49,292 bases of DNA from an uncultured delta proteobacterium. Its GTDB lineage: Bacteria > Myxococcota > Myxococcia > Myxococcales > Anaeromyxobacteraceae. Made by a program: the position numbers and the translations under genes. The first letter of the stretch is position 1. Every line of letters begins with the position of its first letter. A model generated the notes under the pieces. That model worked only from the letters and a program-made list of their open reading frames with translations. It searched no databases and was not told where the DNA came from. Where the stretch lies: the NCBI GenBank assembly GCA_963828255.1, contig CAWHDZ010000006.1:1-49292 (forward strand). Reading direction: 5' to 3'. Shown piece by piece: positions 10,045 to 25,938 of the stretch.

Positions 10045-10214
10045 GGGCGCCATTCGCCGGCGCGGGCGTCCCTCGCAGCGCAGCCTTCGCAGCGGGCGCC
10101 GGGAACGGGCGATGCTCTGGCCCGGCGTGACCCGGCGCCATTCACTCGCCGTCCGCCATCGCCGCGAGGACAGCGGAGCGGAGAGGGACGCCCAGGCGCC
10201 GGCGGCAGACGCCC
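10045..10214. repeat. Long imperfect inverted repeat with nested hairpin (structured RNA or MITE/REP-like element)
   Basis: 10055-10094 pairs with 10160-10204 (GGGCGTCCCTC/GAGGGACGCCC, CGCCGGCGC/GCGCCGGCG); inner GGCGCCGGG 10095-10103 pairs with CCCGGCGCC 10131-10139. Confidence 0.55.
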
Positions 10215-10248
10215 TCCTGGAACGAAGGCGATCCGCGCGACCCGCTCG

Positions 10249-11358
10249 TCAGACGTTGAACCGGAAGTGCATCACGTCGCCGTCCTGCACCCGGTACTCC
10301 TTCCCCTCGATGCGCAGGAGCCCCTCGGCCTTCACGGCCGCCTCGGTCCTGAGGCGCACCAGGTCCTCCCACCGCTGCACGTCGGCCTTGATGAAGCCGC
10401 GTTCGAAGTCGGTGTGGATGGTCCCGGCCGACTGCGGCGCGGTCATGCCCCGGTGGATGGTCCAGGCCCGGCACTCGTCCACGCCCACCGTGAAGAAGGT
10501 GGCCAGGCCGAGCAGCTCGTAGCCCGCCTGCACGAGCCGGTTCAGCCCCGGCTCCTCGAGCCCCAGGCTGTGCAGGAACTCGAGACGTTCCGCCTCGGGC
10601 AGCTCGGAGAGCTCTGCCTCCACCTTGCCGCTGATGACGACGCAGCGGGCCCCCTCCTCGACGGCAAGCGCCTTCACCACGGCCACCGTCGGGTCGTCGG
10701 CACGGGTGAGCTGCTCCTCGTCCACGTTGGCGATGTAGAGCACCGGCTTGCCGGTGAGAAGGAAGAGGTCGGAGAGGATGGAGAGCGCCTCCGGGGCGAG
10801 CTTCTGCATGCGCACCGGGACCCCCTTCTCGAGGTCGGCCTTGACCAGGTCGAGCAACGCGATCTCCTCCTTGGCGAGCTCACCGGGCTTTCCGGGGGCC
10901 TTGGCGTCCTTGGCCTTCTTCTCGCGCCGCTTCTCGACCTGCTCCAGGTCCTTCAGCATGAGCTCGGTCTCGACCACGTCCCGGTCGCCGCGCGGGTCCA
11001 CCTTTCCGCCCACGTGGACCACGTCGGGATCGGCGAAGCAGCGCAGCACGTGGGCGATGGCGTCCACCTGCCGGATGTGGGCGAGGAACTGGTTCCCCAG
11101 CCCCTCCCCCTTCGAGGCCCCGGCAACGAGGCCGGCGATGTCCACGAACTCGAGCGTGGTGGGGACGGTCTTCATGGGGTGGAAGAGCGCGGCGAGCTGG
11201 ACGAGCCGGGCGTCCGGAACCAGCACCACCCCGACGTTGGGGTCGATGGTGCAGAACGGGTAGTTGGCCGCCTGGGCCTGCGCCTGGCCCAGCAGCGCGT
11301 TGAAGAGTGTCGACTTGCCGACGTTCGGCAGGCCGACGATTCCGATGGCGAGACCCAT
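10249..11358 (-). CDS. ychF: Redox-regulated ribosome-binding ATPase YchF
   Basis: GIVGLPNVGKSTLFN, ANYPFCTIDPN, DIAGLVAGASKGEGLGNQFL, EGKEYRVQDGDVMHFRFNV. Confidence 0.97.
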   Translation of the reverse strand: MGLAIGIVGLPNVGKSTLFNALLGQAQAQAANYPFCTIDPNVGVVLVPDARLVQLAALFHPMKTVPTTLEFVDIAGLVAGASKGEGLGNQFLAHIRQVDAIAHVLRCFADPDVVHVGGKVDPRGDRDVVETELMLKDLEQVEKRREKKAKDAKAPGKPGELAKEEIALLDLVKADLEKGVPVRMQKLAPEALSILSDLFLLTGKPVLYIANVDEEQLTRADDPTVAVVKALAVEEGARCVVISGKVEAELSELPEAERLEFLHSLGLEEPGLNRLVQAGYELLGLATFFTVGVDECRAWTIHRGMTAPQSAGTIHTDFERGFIKADVQRWEDLVRLRTEAAVKAEGLLRIEGKEYRVQDGDVMHFRFNV

Positions 11359-11442
11359 GGCGTTCGATTCACTCCGGGGAAAATGCGAAGCTCCGACGGA
11401 CGCTGGTCCGCCGGAGCCGCGCGAGGACTGCCGACCGGGTCT

Positions 11443-11970
11443 CTACGCCCGTCCGGCGGGAAGGTCCTTGATGTACTCGTCCACGAGCTGGCGCTGCGTC
11501 TTCTCGTCCAGGCTCGACTTCACGATGCGGGCGGCGGCGGAGACGGCCAGGTCGGCCACCTCGGCGCGCAGCTGGGCGACCGCGATCTTGCGCTCCTCCT
11601 GGATGCTCTTCCTGGCCGCGGCCACCATGTCGTCGGCCTCCTTGCGGGCCTGGGCGGTGAGCTGGACGCGGAAGGCCTCCATCTCCTGCTGGTTCCGCTT
11701 GGCGAGCTCGGCCGCGTCGCGCTGGGCCTTCGCGAGCGCCTCCTTCTGCTTCGCGAGGAGCTTCTCCGCCTCCTCCCGCTCCGTGCGGGCGGAGTCGATG
11801 GCGTCGCGGATGGTGGTCTCCCGCTCGGCCAGCATGCGCGTGATGGGCCCGAAGGCGAACTTCCAGAGCACGCCGATGAGGACGAGGAAGGTGATCGCCG
11901 TCCACAGCGACAGGCCGGGGTTCAGATCCATGATCCCGGCGGCGATCACGGGGGATGCGAGGGCGTTCAT
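11443..11970 (-). CDS. atpF: ATP synthase Fo subunit b
   Basis: N-terminal TM (WTAITFLVLIGVLWKFAFGPI) then a long charged coiled coil; follows atpE. Confidence 0.93.
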   Translation of the reverse strand: MNALASPVIAAGIMDLNPGLSLWTAITFLVLIGVLWKFAFGPITRMLAERETTIRDAIDSARTEREEAEKLLAKQKEALAKAQRDAAELAKRNQQEMEAFRVQLTAQARKEADDMVAAARKSIQEERKIAVAQLRAEVADLAVSAAARIVKSSLDEKTQRQLVDEYIKDLPAGRA

Positions 11971-12001
11971 CGGGGTTCTCCCGGGGCGCGAGGCGCCTGG
12001 T

Positions 12002-12229
12002 CTACTTGATGGCGAGGAGCAGGCAGACCACGACGGCGAACAGCGTGGCGCCTTCGATGAGGGCGGCGGCGATGATCATCGAGGTGCGGATGTCGCCGGT
12101 GGCGGTGGGCTGGCGTGCCGTGCCGTCCATGGCGGCGGCGGCGAGCTTGCCGATGCCGATGCCGGCGCCGATGACGGACATGCCGGCGCCCAGGCCGGCT
12201 GCGAGGTACCCGAGGGAGAACTGGTTCAT
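12002..12229 (-). CDS. atpE: ATP synthase Fo subunit c
   Basis: MNQFSLGYLAAGLGAG...GAGIGIG...ARQP...ALIEGATLFA, 75 aa. Confidence 0.95.
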   Translation of the reverse strand: MNQFSLGYLAAGLGAGMSVIGAGIGIGKLAAAAMDGTARQPTATGDIRTSMIIAAALIEGATLFAVVVCLLLAIK

Positions 12230-12305
12230 TGGTTGGTTCCGTTCGTTGCGGGGGCGGTTCGTTGGACGGGCCGCCCGTGGTTCCCGTGGCGCGTGCTGCG
12301 CTCGA

Positions 12306-13358
12306 CTACCCGTGACCGGGAGACTTCCCGGCCGCGTGAGAAGCGTGGACGGCCTCGCCGGCGGCGGCGTGGCCGTGATCGTCGTCGTGCCCCTCGTCGT
12401 GTCCGTGGTGCACGAGCCCGGCGCCGATGAAGAGCGCCGAGAGCATGGTGAAGATGTAGGCCTGCACGAAGGCCACGAAGAGCTCGAGCATGAAGATGCC
12501 GAGCGCAAGCGCCACCGACACCGGCGCCACCCAGACCGACACCGCGAAGATGAGGCCGAGCAGGGCCAGGATGACGAAGTGGCCCGCTACCATGTTGGCG
12601 AAGAGACGGATGGTGAGGGCGAAGGGCTTGGTGAAGAGCCCCAGGAACTCGACCGGGATCATGATGGGCCACAGCCAGGCCAGCGACGGCGGGACCCCGC
12701 CGGTCATGTGGCCCAGGTAGCCCTTCACGCCCATCGACTTCAGGGCGGCGTACTGGGTGATGAAGAAGGTGAAGAGCGCCAGCGCGGCGGTGACCGAGAT
12801 GTTGGCGGTGGCGGTGGCCATGAAGGGCACGAGCCCGAGCAGGTTCATGGTCAGGACGAAGAAGAAGGCGGTGCAGAGGTAGGGCACGAACCGATTGGCG
12901 TCGGCCTTGCCGATGTTGGAGATGGCGATGCCCCGGACGAAGTCCACCAGCAGCTCGACGAAGTTGTAGAGCCCGTGCGGGACGATGCTGCGCTTGCGGG
13001 CCGCCGCGACGAGGAGCAGCGTGAGGATCGCCGCCGAGAGGAGCATCATGACCACGTGCTTCGACGGGGTCATGTCGATGGTGACCTTGCCGACCTGGAA
13101 CTTCCAGCCGCCCCCGGTGGCCTTCACGAGGTCGATCTCGCAGTTCCACTTGAACCCGCCCTCGCAGAAGCCGGGGAGCTCCATCACGCTGCCGTTGGCG
13201 ACGTGGTGCATCATGGTCTCGGGGAGCGTGGCCTGGTGGCCGCCGCCGTGGGCCGCGGCGGGCGCACCGTGCGCGTCGGCGGGCGGGTCGGAGGCCCGGG
13301 CGGGCTGGCCCAGGGAGAGGCCGAGGACGACGGCGAGGGCGACGGAGGCGAGCTTCAT
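12306..13358 (-). CDS. atpB: ATP synthase Fo subunit a
   Basis: [53 protein letters not shown] 13358 overlaps the upstream stop. Confidence 0.95.
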   Translation of the reverse strand: MKLASVALAVVLGLSLGQPARASDPPADAHGAPAAAHGGGHQATLPETMMHHVANGSVMELPGFCEGGFKWNCEIDLVKATGGGWKFQVGKVTIDMTPSKHVVMMLLSAAILTLLLVAAARKRSIVPHGLYNFVELLVDFVRGIAISNIGKADANRFVPYLCTAFFFVLTMNLLGLVPFMATATANISVTAALALFTFFITQYAALKSMGVKGYLGHMTGGVPPSLAWLWPIMIPVEFLGLFTKPFALTIRLFANMVAGHFVILALLGLIFAVSVWVAPVSVALALGIFMLELFVAFVQAYIFTMLSALFIGAGLVHHGHDEGHDDDHGHAAAGEAVHASHAAGKSPGHG

Positions 13359-13726
13359 GCGGGCTTCCCCATGCGGCGGCCGAGGGCGGCGACCAGGCTC
13401 CCCTCGATCGCGGTGAAGACGAAGTACGGGACGAAGAAGGCGATCACGAAGGCCACCACGCTCTCGCCGGCGCGGGACACGGCGGCGACGCCGGCCCCCA
13501 CGAGGAGGAGCCGCGTGAAGAACATGGCGGTGAAGACGATGAGTGCCCGCTGCACGGGCTTCACGGCGCCCCCGGCGAACTGGCCGAAGGCGACCAGGGA
13601 GGCGAGGGCCGTCCCGCTGGCGATGGCGGCGCCGATGAGGGCCGGGTGGCGCGCTTCCCCGGAGAGGTAGGCGAGCCCCAGCGAGAGGGCGGCGACGAGC
13701 GAGGCGGCGAGGAGGTGACCCTTCAC
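13355..13726 (-). CDS. atpI: AtpI-like 4-TM membrane protein
   Basis: Hydrophobic 123-aa ORF, translationally coupled between the AtpZ-like gene and atpB. Confidence 0.7.
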   Translation of the reverse strand: MKGHLLAASLVAALSLGLAYLSGEARHPALIGAAIASGTALASLVAFGQFAGGAVKPVQRALIVFTAMFFTRLLLVGAGVAAVSRAGESVVAFVIAFFVPYFVFTAIEGSLVAALGRRMGKPA

Positions 13727-13986
13727 TTGTTCCGTTTTCCCAGGACCTGCCGAAAGAAGCTGATGAACCCGCCCACCATTCCGAGAATGGCCCCTCCGAT
13801 GAGGAACCAGGGCTTCTCGGTGCCCACCTTCCCGTCCAGCCACCAGCCTGCCGCCGCGAACAATCCCACCGAGGCGACCAGCGAGGTGGATGCAGCAATG
13901 TACGGACCTGCCTGCTGGTATGCCGAGGCCAGGTTCGAGAGGCCGTCGTCGTCCTTCCCGCGACGCTCTCGATCGTCCGGGGTCAT
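13723..13986 (-). CDS. AtpZ/AtpI-family protein
   Basis: [34 protein letters not shown] signature; first gene of the Fo block. Confidence 0.85.
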   Translation of the reverse strand: MTPDDRERRGKDDDGLSNLASAYQQAGPYIAASTSLVASVGLFAAAGWWLDGKVGTEKPWFLIGGAILGMVGGFISFFRQVLGKRNK

Positions 13987-14047
13987 CGGAATTCCTCTTG
14001 GCCCGTCCTGCCGGAATCTCCTGTGAATACCGGAGGAAGGGCCGAAC

Positions 14048-14076
14048 CGTATAGCAGTCCGGCCCGGTCCCGTCAA
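14048..14076 (-). promoter_or_regulatory. Putative sigma70 promoter of the Fo block
   Basis: TTGACG-17 bp-TATACG with extended -10 TG. Confidence 0.6.
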
Positions 14077-14099
14077 TGCTCGGCGGGCCTCCGTGCGGC

Positions 14100-15389
14100 C
14101 TAGGCCAGGACCGCCTCGGCGAAGGCCTTCCGGGCGGCGGCGACGGTCGCCTCGACGTCCTCGTCGGTGTGGGAGACGGAGAGGAAGGCGGCCTCGAACT
14201 GGGAGGGTGGCAGGTAGACGCCGTTCTCGAGCATCACCCTGAAATATGTAGCGAATTTCTTCGTGTCGGCCTTGCGGGCGCTGGCGGCGTCGAAGACCGG
14301 CTCGGAGGAGAAGAAGACGGTGATCATCGACCCGACCCGGTTCACCTGGACCTTGGCCCCCGCCGCGCCCGCCGCCTCGACCAGGCCGGCCTGGAGCCGG
14401 CTCCCCAGCGCCTCGAGCCGGTCGTACTGCGCCTTCCCGAGCTGGCGGAGCGTGGCGATCCCCGCCGCCATGGCGAGCGGGTTCCCGGAGAGCGTCCCCG
14501 CCTGGTAGACCGGCCCGGCCGGGGCGATGCGGTCCATCACGTCGGGCCGGCCGCCGAAGGCTCCCACGGGCAGGCCGCCGCCGATGACCTTGCCGAAGGT
14601 GACGAGGTCGGGACGGATCCCGTGGAGCTCGCAGGCCCCGCCGGGCGCCAGCCGGAACCCGGTCATGACCTCGTCGATGATGAGCAGCGTGCCCTGCGCG
14701 CGGCAGGCGTCGAGGAGCCCCTTCAGGTATCCGGGCCTCGGGATGAGGACGCCCATGTTGCCCACCACCGGCTCCACGATCACCGCGGCGAGAGACGGCC
14801 CGCGCTCGGCGAGGAGCTTCTGCACCGCCGGGAGGTCGTTGTACGGGAGCGTGAGCGTGTGGCGGGCCACGTCGGCGGGAACGCCCGGCGAGTCGGGCAG
14901 CCCCAGCGTCTCCACGCCCGAGCCCGCCTTCACGAGCAGCGGATCCCCGGCGCCGTGGTAGCAGCCGTCGAACTTGAGGATGTCGTCACGGCCGGTGAAT
15001 CCCCGGGCCAGCCGGATGGCCGCCGTGGTGGCCTCGGTGCCGGAGGAGACGAAGCGCATCTTCTCGATCCAGGGAGCCCGCTCCCGGACCAGCTCCGCGA
15101 GCTGGATCTCCTTGGGGGACGGGGCGCCGAAGCTGGAGCCGTTCTTGAGCTGCTCGTCCACCTCCCGGATCACCTCGACGTTGGCGTGCCCCAGGATGGC
15201 CGGCCCCCAGCTGCCCACGTAGTCCACGAAGGCGTTGCCGTCGACGTCGAAGATCTTCGACCCCTTGGCCCGGGCGATGAAGAGCGGCGTCATGCCCACG
15301 CTGCGGAAGGCGCGCACCGGGCTGTTCACGCCGCCCGGGAAGAGGGTGAGCGCCTTCTGGAAGAGCTTCTGCGACAGGTCGGTCTTCAT
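14100..15389 (-). CDS. hemL: Glutamate-1-semialdehyde 2,1-aminomutase
   Basis: PGGVNSPVRAF, DYVGSWGP, SSGTEAT, DEVMTGFR, FGKVIGGGLPVG, YQAGTLSGNP. Confidence 0.97.
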   Translation of the reverse strand: MKTDLSQKLFQKALTLFPGGVNSPVRAFRSVGMTPLFIARAKGSKIFDVDGNAFVDYVGSWGPAILGHANVEVIREVDEQLKNGSSFGAPSPKEIQLAELVRERAPWIEKMRFVSSGTEATTAAIRLARGFTGRDDILKFDGCYHGAGDPLLVKAGSGVETLGLPDSPGVPADVARHTLTLPYNDLPAVQKLLAERGPSLAAVIVEPVVGNMGVLIPRPGYLKGLLDACRAQGTLLIIDEVMTGFRLAPGGACELHGIRPDLVTFGKVIGGGLPVGAFGGRPDVMDRIAPAGPVYQAGTLSGNPLAMAAGIATLRQLGKAQYDRLEALGSRLQAGLVEAAGAAGAKVQVNRVGSMITVFFSSEPVFDAASARKADTKKFATYFRVMLENGVYLPPSQFEAAFLSVSHTDEDVEATVAAARKAFAEAVLA

Positions 15390-16251
15390 GGGATCTCCTT
15401 GGTGCGGCTGCGAACGTTGCGGTCGAGGGCCGCGTCCCGGTCGCCCGGGGTGACGGTCCTGGCTGCCTCGCGGCGGACCCGGACCATCTCGATGCTGGTC
15501 CGGAGCGCCTCGGGGTTGGGGTGGCTGGGCATGGCCTGGTTGTAGAGCTCGATGGCCTTGTCGAGACGGCCGGCCCGGGCGTGGATCTGCGCGGCCCCTT
15601 CCAGCGCCAGCGCCGCGATCTCGGGCCGGGGGCGCCGCTCGGCCGCGGCCAGGTAGGCGCCCATCGCCTCGTCGGGCCGGTCCTCGAGCGCCCAGGCCTG
15701 GGCGGTGAGGAGCTGGGCCTCGTCGGCCTCCGCTCCCCGCGGCCACCGCTCCCGCAGGATCCTGGCCTCGGTGCGCGCCTGCTCGAAGTTCTTGAGCTCC
15801 AGGTACTGCCGGGCCACGAGCAGCTGGTAGCGCGGGGCCTCCGGCGACTCTCCGCCCGCCACCGCGGCGTACTGGGCGATGGCCGCCTGCCGGTCGCCCA
15901 GCCGCTGCGCGTAGATGTCGCCGATGGCGGCCCGGGCCTTCCAGGCGTCCTCGGTCCCGGGGTGGAGCGACACGATGCGCCGGTAATAGCCGATGGCCCC
16001 GAGGTAGTCGCCAAGGTCGAGGTAGGAGACGTCCGCCGCGTAGCGCAGCGCCTTCAGCCGGACGCCGGTCTCCCACTTCGGGATGATCCCGTCGCCGAGC
16101 TCGCCCAGGATCTCCCGGTAGGCGGCGAGCGCGTCCGCGGCCTTCCCCTGGTGGCGGAGCGCGTTGGCGGCCTCGAGCCTGGAGGCGGCGGAGTTGCACC
16201 CCGCGGCCAGCATCCCGAGCGCGGCCGTCGCCGCGACGAGCGCACCCCGGC

Positions 16252-16255
<4 letters not shown>
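15386..16255 (-). CDS. TPR-repeat lipoprotein
   Basis: TTG start overlapping the gyrA stop and stop overlapping the hemL ATG; lipobox LAAGC; multiple TPR-like repeats. Confidence 0.8.
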
Positions 16256-18921
<2,666 letters not shown>

Positions 18922-18979
18922 TTTGGGGTCGCCGTGGGGCGCTCCGCTGGGGCGGACCGGACCTCGATCGGGACCCTTC

Positions 18980-19008
18980 TATCTAGCCGAATCCTGCTGG
19001 AATTTCAA
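18980..19008 (-). promoter_or_regulatory. Putative sigma70 promoter of gyrA
   Basis: TTGAAA-17 bp-TAGATA. Confidence 0.5.
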
Positions 19009-19010
19009 TG

Positions 19011-19042
19011 AGAAAGCCCCACCGGCTGGACGCCAGCGGGGC
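19011..19042 (-). terminator. Possible intrinsic terminator after atpC
   Basis: Bulged stem GCCCC/GGGGC plus GCTGG/CCAGC followed by TTTCT on the minus strand. Confidence 0.35.
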
Positions 19043-19065
19043 CTCGTCTTCAGGGGGTTTCCCGG

Positions 19066-19467
19066 CTACCGGCCGGCGACCTCGAGGCGCGCCGTGGCGC
19101 GCCGCACGCGGGCCGCCTCGAGGGGGTGGTTCTCGTCCCCCTCGGCCAGGCTGCGGAGCCGCTCGGTGGCCTCGGCGAAGGCCCGCTTGGCGCGCTCCAC
19201 GTCGATCTCCTCGCGCTCCTCGGCGCTGTCGGCCAGCACCATCACCTTGTTGTCGGCCACCTGGAGGAACCCCCCGCCGATCGCGTAGTGCACCTCGCGG
19301 GCCCCGTCCACGACGGTGAGCCGTCCGGGCTGGAGCTGCGACATGAACGGGGTGTGGTCCTTGCGGATGCCGAAGCCGCCCAGCACGCCGGGCGCGCGCA
19401 CCTCGTCGGCCTGCAGCGTGGCGACGCGCCGCTCCGGGGTGACGATCTCGAGGGTCAGGTCGGCCAT
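19066..19467 (-). CDS. atpC: ATP synthase F1 epsilon
   Basis: LTLEIVTPER, GFGIRKDHTP, GGFLQV, IDVERAKRA. Confidence 0.95.
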   Translation of the reverse strand: MADLTLEIVTPERRVATLQADEVRAPGVLGGFGIRKDHTPFMSQLQPGRLTVVDGAREVHYAIGGGFLQVADNKVMVLADSAEEREEIDVERAKRAFAEATERLRSLAEGDENHPLEAARVRRATARLEVAGR

Positions 19468-19486
19468 GGCGTTCCCGGGTTGGCGG

Positions 19487-21824
<2,338 letters not shown>

Positions 21825-21845
21825 GGTTCGCCTCGGGGGCCTTCC

Positions 21846-23384
<1,539 letters not shown>

Positions 23385-23406
23385 GTTCTTCGTCTCCAGC
23401 TCGTGT

Positions 23407-23946
23407 TCAGTGCTTCATGGTGCGGCGCAGCTCCTCGAGCTGCGACCGGACGGAACCGTCGTAGACCAGGCTGCCGACCTGGGCGACGACGCCTCCCAGG
23501 AGGGCCGGATCCACCGACGACTCCACGATGATCTCGGCCTTCTCGATCTGGGCGAGCTTCTCGGCGATGCGCCTGGCCTCATCGGCCGAGAGCGGCACGG
23601 CGCTCGTGACCCGGGCTCGGATGCGGCCGAGTCGGGTATCCGAGAGGTCGCGGAAGTTCTGGAGGATCGCCGGAAGGTAGGCGAGCCGGTCGCGGTCGGC
23701 GAGCAACAGGAGGAAGTTCTTCGCCGTCTCCGCGAGGCCCAGCGCCTTGCCCACCTCGGCGATCACGTTCCGCTTCTGCTCCTTCTCGAAGAGGGGGCTC
23801 GAGAGCGTCCTGCCCAGCTCGGGGTACGCGGCGAGCGTCCTCGCGAGCGCGTCGAATCCGCTCGACCACCGCTCGACTTGGCCCTGCTCGTCTGCCAAGG
23901 AGAACAAAGCCTTGGCGTAGCGGCGGGCGATGGAACTGACGATCAT
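23407..23946 (-). CDS. atpH: ATP synthase F1 delta
   Basis: [41 protein letters not shown]. Confidence 0.95.
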   Translation of the reverse strand: MIVSSIARRYAKALFSLADEQGQVERWSSGFDALARTLAAYPELGRTLSSPLFEKEQKRNVIAEVGKALGLAETAKNFLLLLADRDRLAYLPAILQNFRDLSDTRLGRIRARVTSAVPLSADEARRIAEKLAQIEKAEIIVESSVDPALLGGVVAQVGSLVYDGSVRSQLEELRRTMKH

Positions 23947-23957
23947 AAGGGGGTCGC

Positions 23958-23987
23958 TAACTAGCATTGCGGAAGGTCGCCGGTCAA
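23958..23987 (-). promoter_or_regulatory. Putative promoter of the F1 block
   Basis: TTGACC-18 bp-TAGTTA with extended -10 TG, 11 nt before the ATG. Confidence 0.45.
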
Positions 23988-24038
23988 GAGATTGGGGCCG
24001 GCGCCGCCCCTGGTCCAGGCGACCCCTGCTGGGGCCAT

Positions 24039-24066
24039 TTGACAGGGGAGGGGAGGTGCTTAGTTT
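24039..24066 (+). promoter_or_regulatory. Putative sigma70 promoter of Hsp20
   Basis: TTGACA-16 bp-TAGTTT; AGGAGG SD downstream. Confidence 0.5.
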
Positions 24067-24103
24067 CCGATCGTCGTCGAACCACCATTCCAGGAGGACA
24101 AAC

Positions 24104-24538
24104 ATGGCGATAATCACGCGATTCGACCCCTTCCGGGACCTGGCCCGCATCCAGGAGGAGATGGGCCGGATGCTCGACGAGCGCGAGGCCAAGCCCGCCG
24201 AGTCCATCGGCTGGACGCCGGCCTGCGACGTCTTCGAGGACAACGACGAGGTCGTCATCCGGGCCGCCCTCGCCGGGGTCGACCCGAAGGACGTGGAGAT
24301 CCGGGTCGAGAACGGGGTGCTCACCCTGAAGGGTGAGCGGAAGGTCGAGAAGGAGGAGCAGAAGGAGAACTACCACCGCGTGGAGATGGCCTACGGCTAC
24401 TTCACGCGCACCTTCGCGCTCCCCACCTCGGTGGACCCCGAGAAGGTTCACGCACAGTCAAAGCACGGGGTGCTGGCGGTGCACCTGCCCAAGCGCTCCG
24501 AGGCCAAGCCCCGCTCCATCCAGGTCAAGGTCCAGTAG
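24104..24538 (+). CDS. Hsp20/alpha-crystallin small heat-shock protein
   Basis: RFDPFRDL, WTPACDV, LTLKGER, YGYFTRTFALP, GVLAVHLPK. Confidence 0.95.
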   Translation: MAIITRFDPFRDLARIQEEMGRMLDEREAKPAESIGWTPACDVFEDNDEVVIRAALAGVDPKDVEIRVENGVLTLKGERKVEKEEQKENYHRVEMAYGYFTRTFALPTSVDPEKVHAQSKHGVLAVHLPKRSEAKPRSIQVKVQ

Positions 24539-24562
24539 CGGAACCGGGCCCGGCGGGACCCG

Positions 24563-24961
24563 TCACTTCACCGGGACGGGTCCCGTGGCCGACCGGGCGG
24601 CCTGCTCCATCTTGCACTGGCCGTTGAAGCTCACGCCCTTCGCGACCATCAGGGCGACCGTCTCCACGTTGCCGGTCATGCGGGCCGGCGGGTGCAGCTC
24701 CACCGACACGGTGGCCTTCACGTTGCCGGTCACCGATCCGTGAACGATCAGGGTCCCGCAGGTGATCTCGGCGCTGACCTGCGCGCCCTCGCCGATCACC
24801 AGCGTGTCGCTCGTGACGATGGTCCCGGTGAAGCGGCCGTCGATCCGGACGGTCCCCTCGAAGGTGAGCTTGCCGTCGAACTCGGAGCCGCGACCGAGGA
24901 GGGCGTTGAGGTCGCTGCCGACGGCGGCGACCGGCATGTCTTCGCGCTTGAGCATGGCCAT
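24563..24961 (-). CDS. Bactofilin (polymer-forming cytoskeletal protein), BacM-like by position
   Basis: LLGRGSEFDGKLTFEGTVRIDGRFTG beta-helix repeats; immediately downstream of parB. Confidence 0.9.
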   Translation of the reverse strand: MAMLKREDMPVAAVGSDLNALLGRGSEFDGKLTFEGTVRIDGRFTGTIVTSDTLVIGEGAQVSAEITCGTLIVHGSVTGNVKATVSVELHPPARMTGNVETVALMVAKGVSFNGQCKMEQAARSATGPVPVK

Positions 24962-25068
24962 GGGAGGGAAGGGTTACACCGACTGGCGGCGGCGTTCAAC
25001 GATCCCTGTCCCGCGGGAGAAGGACACACACCCGGACACGTGCCTCTATAGGGTCGCCCCTGTTGGGG

Positions 25069-25938
25069 CTATGCGCCAATTTTATCAAGAATCCCATCCA
25101 GTTCGGCGAGAGACCCGTAGTCGATCTCCAGCTTCCCGGACTGGGCGTTCTTCTGGACCACCCGGCAACGGGTCCCGAGCCTCCGCTCCAGCCGCGTGAC
25201 CAGCGCCTTCACGTTGGGCGAGTCGGGCGCCGCGGCCCCCCGGGGCCTGGCCTCACCGGGGTGGAGCATGCGACGGACCAGGGCCTCGGTGGCCCGGACC
25301 GACAGCCCCTCGCGGACCACCTGGTGGGCCACCTTGCGGATCGCCTCCGCCTTCTCGAGCGCGAGCAGCGCCCGGGCGTGCCCCATCTCGAGGGCGCCGC
25401 CCCGCACCTGGTCGCGCACGTCGGCCGGGAGCTTGAGGAGCCGCATGGCGTTCGCGACCGTGGACCGGTCCTTGCCCACCCGCTCGGCGACCTGCTCCTG
25501 GGTGAGGCCATGCTCGCGGGTGAGCGCATCGAAGGCCTCGGCCTCCTCCATCGCGTTCAGGTCGGCGCGCTGGAGGTTCTCGACGAGCGCCAGCTCGAAC
25601 GACTCGCGGTCGCTGGCCTCGCGGAGCAGGGCCGGGATCTCGCGCAGCCCTGCCCGCTGGGCGGCCCTCCAGCGCCGCTCGCCGGCCACGATGGCGTAGC
25701 CCACTCCGGCGCGCCGGACCAGGATGGGCTCGAGGACGCCGTGCTCGCGGATGGAGGTGGCGAGCTCCTCCAGCCCGCGCTCGTCGAAGCTCTTGCGGGG
25801 CTGCGCGGCGCTGCGCTGCACCGACTCGATGGGGAGCTGCATGACGCTCCGGCCGGGCGGGGAGGGCGGGGCGGCGTTCTGGAGCAGTGCCGCCATTCCG
25901 CGGCCCAGGGCCGGGCGTCGGGTTCCGGGGGTGCTCAT
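25069..25938 (-). CDS. parB: Chromosome partitioning protein ParB
   Basis: ALGRGMAALL, QPRKSF, IVAGERRWRAA, LVENLQRADLN, HTH GKDRSTVANAMRLL. Confidence 0.96.
   Translation of the reverse strand: MSTPGTRRPALGRGMAALLQNAAPPSPPGRSVMQLPIESVQRSAAQPRKSFDERGLEELATSIREHGVLEPILVRRAGVGYAIVAGERRWRAAQRAGLREIPALLREASDRESFELALVENLQRADLNAMEEAEAFDALTREHGLTQEQVAERVGKDRSTVANAMRLLKLPADVRDQVRGGALEMGHARALLALEKAEAIRKVAHQVVREGLSVRATEALVRRMLHPGEARPRGAAAPDSPNVKALVTRLERRLGTRCRVVQKNAQSGKLEIDYGSLAELDGILDKIGA

Noticed and set aside
9459..10145. c-type cytochrome gene from the CSTCH motif
   Set aside because: No signal peptide, poor codon pattern, overlaps a real gene; a single CxxCH can arise by chance.
24039..24063. 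Possible CIRCE element upstream of Hsp20 (hrcA is in the window)
   Set aside because: Only a partial right arm (GGTGCTTA); no TTAGCACTC-like left arm at 9-bp spacing.
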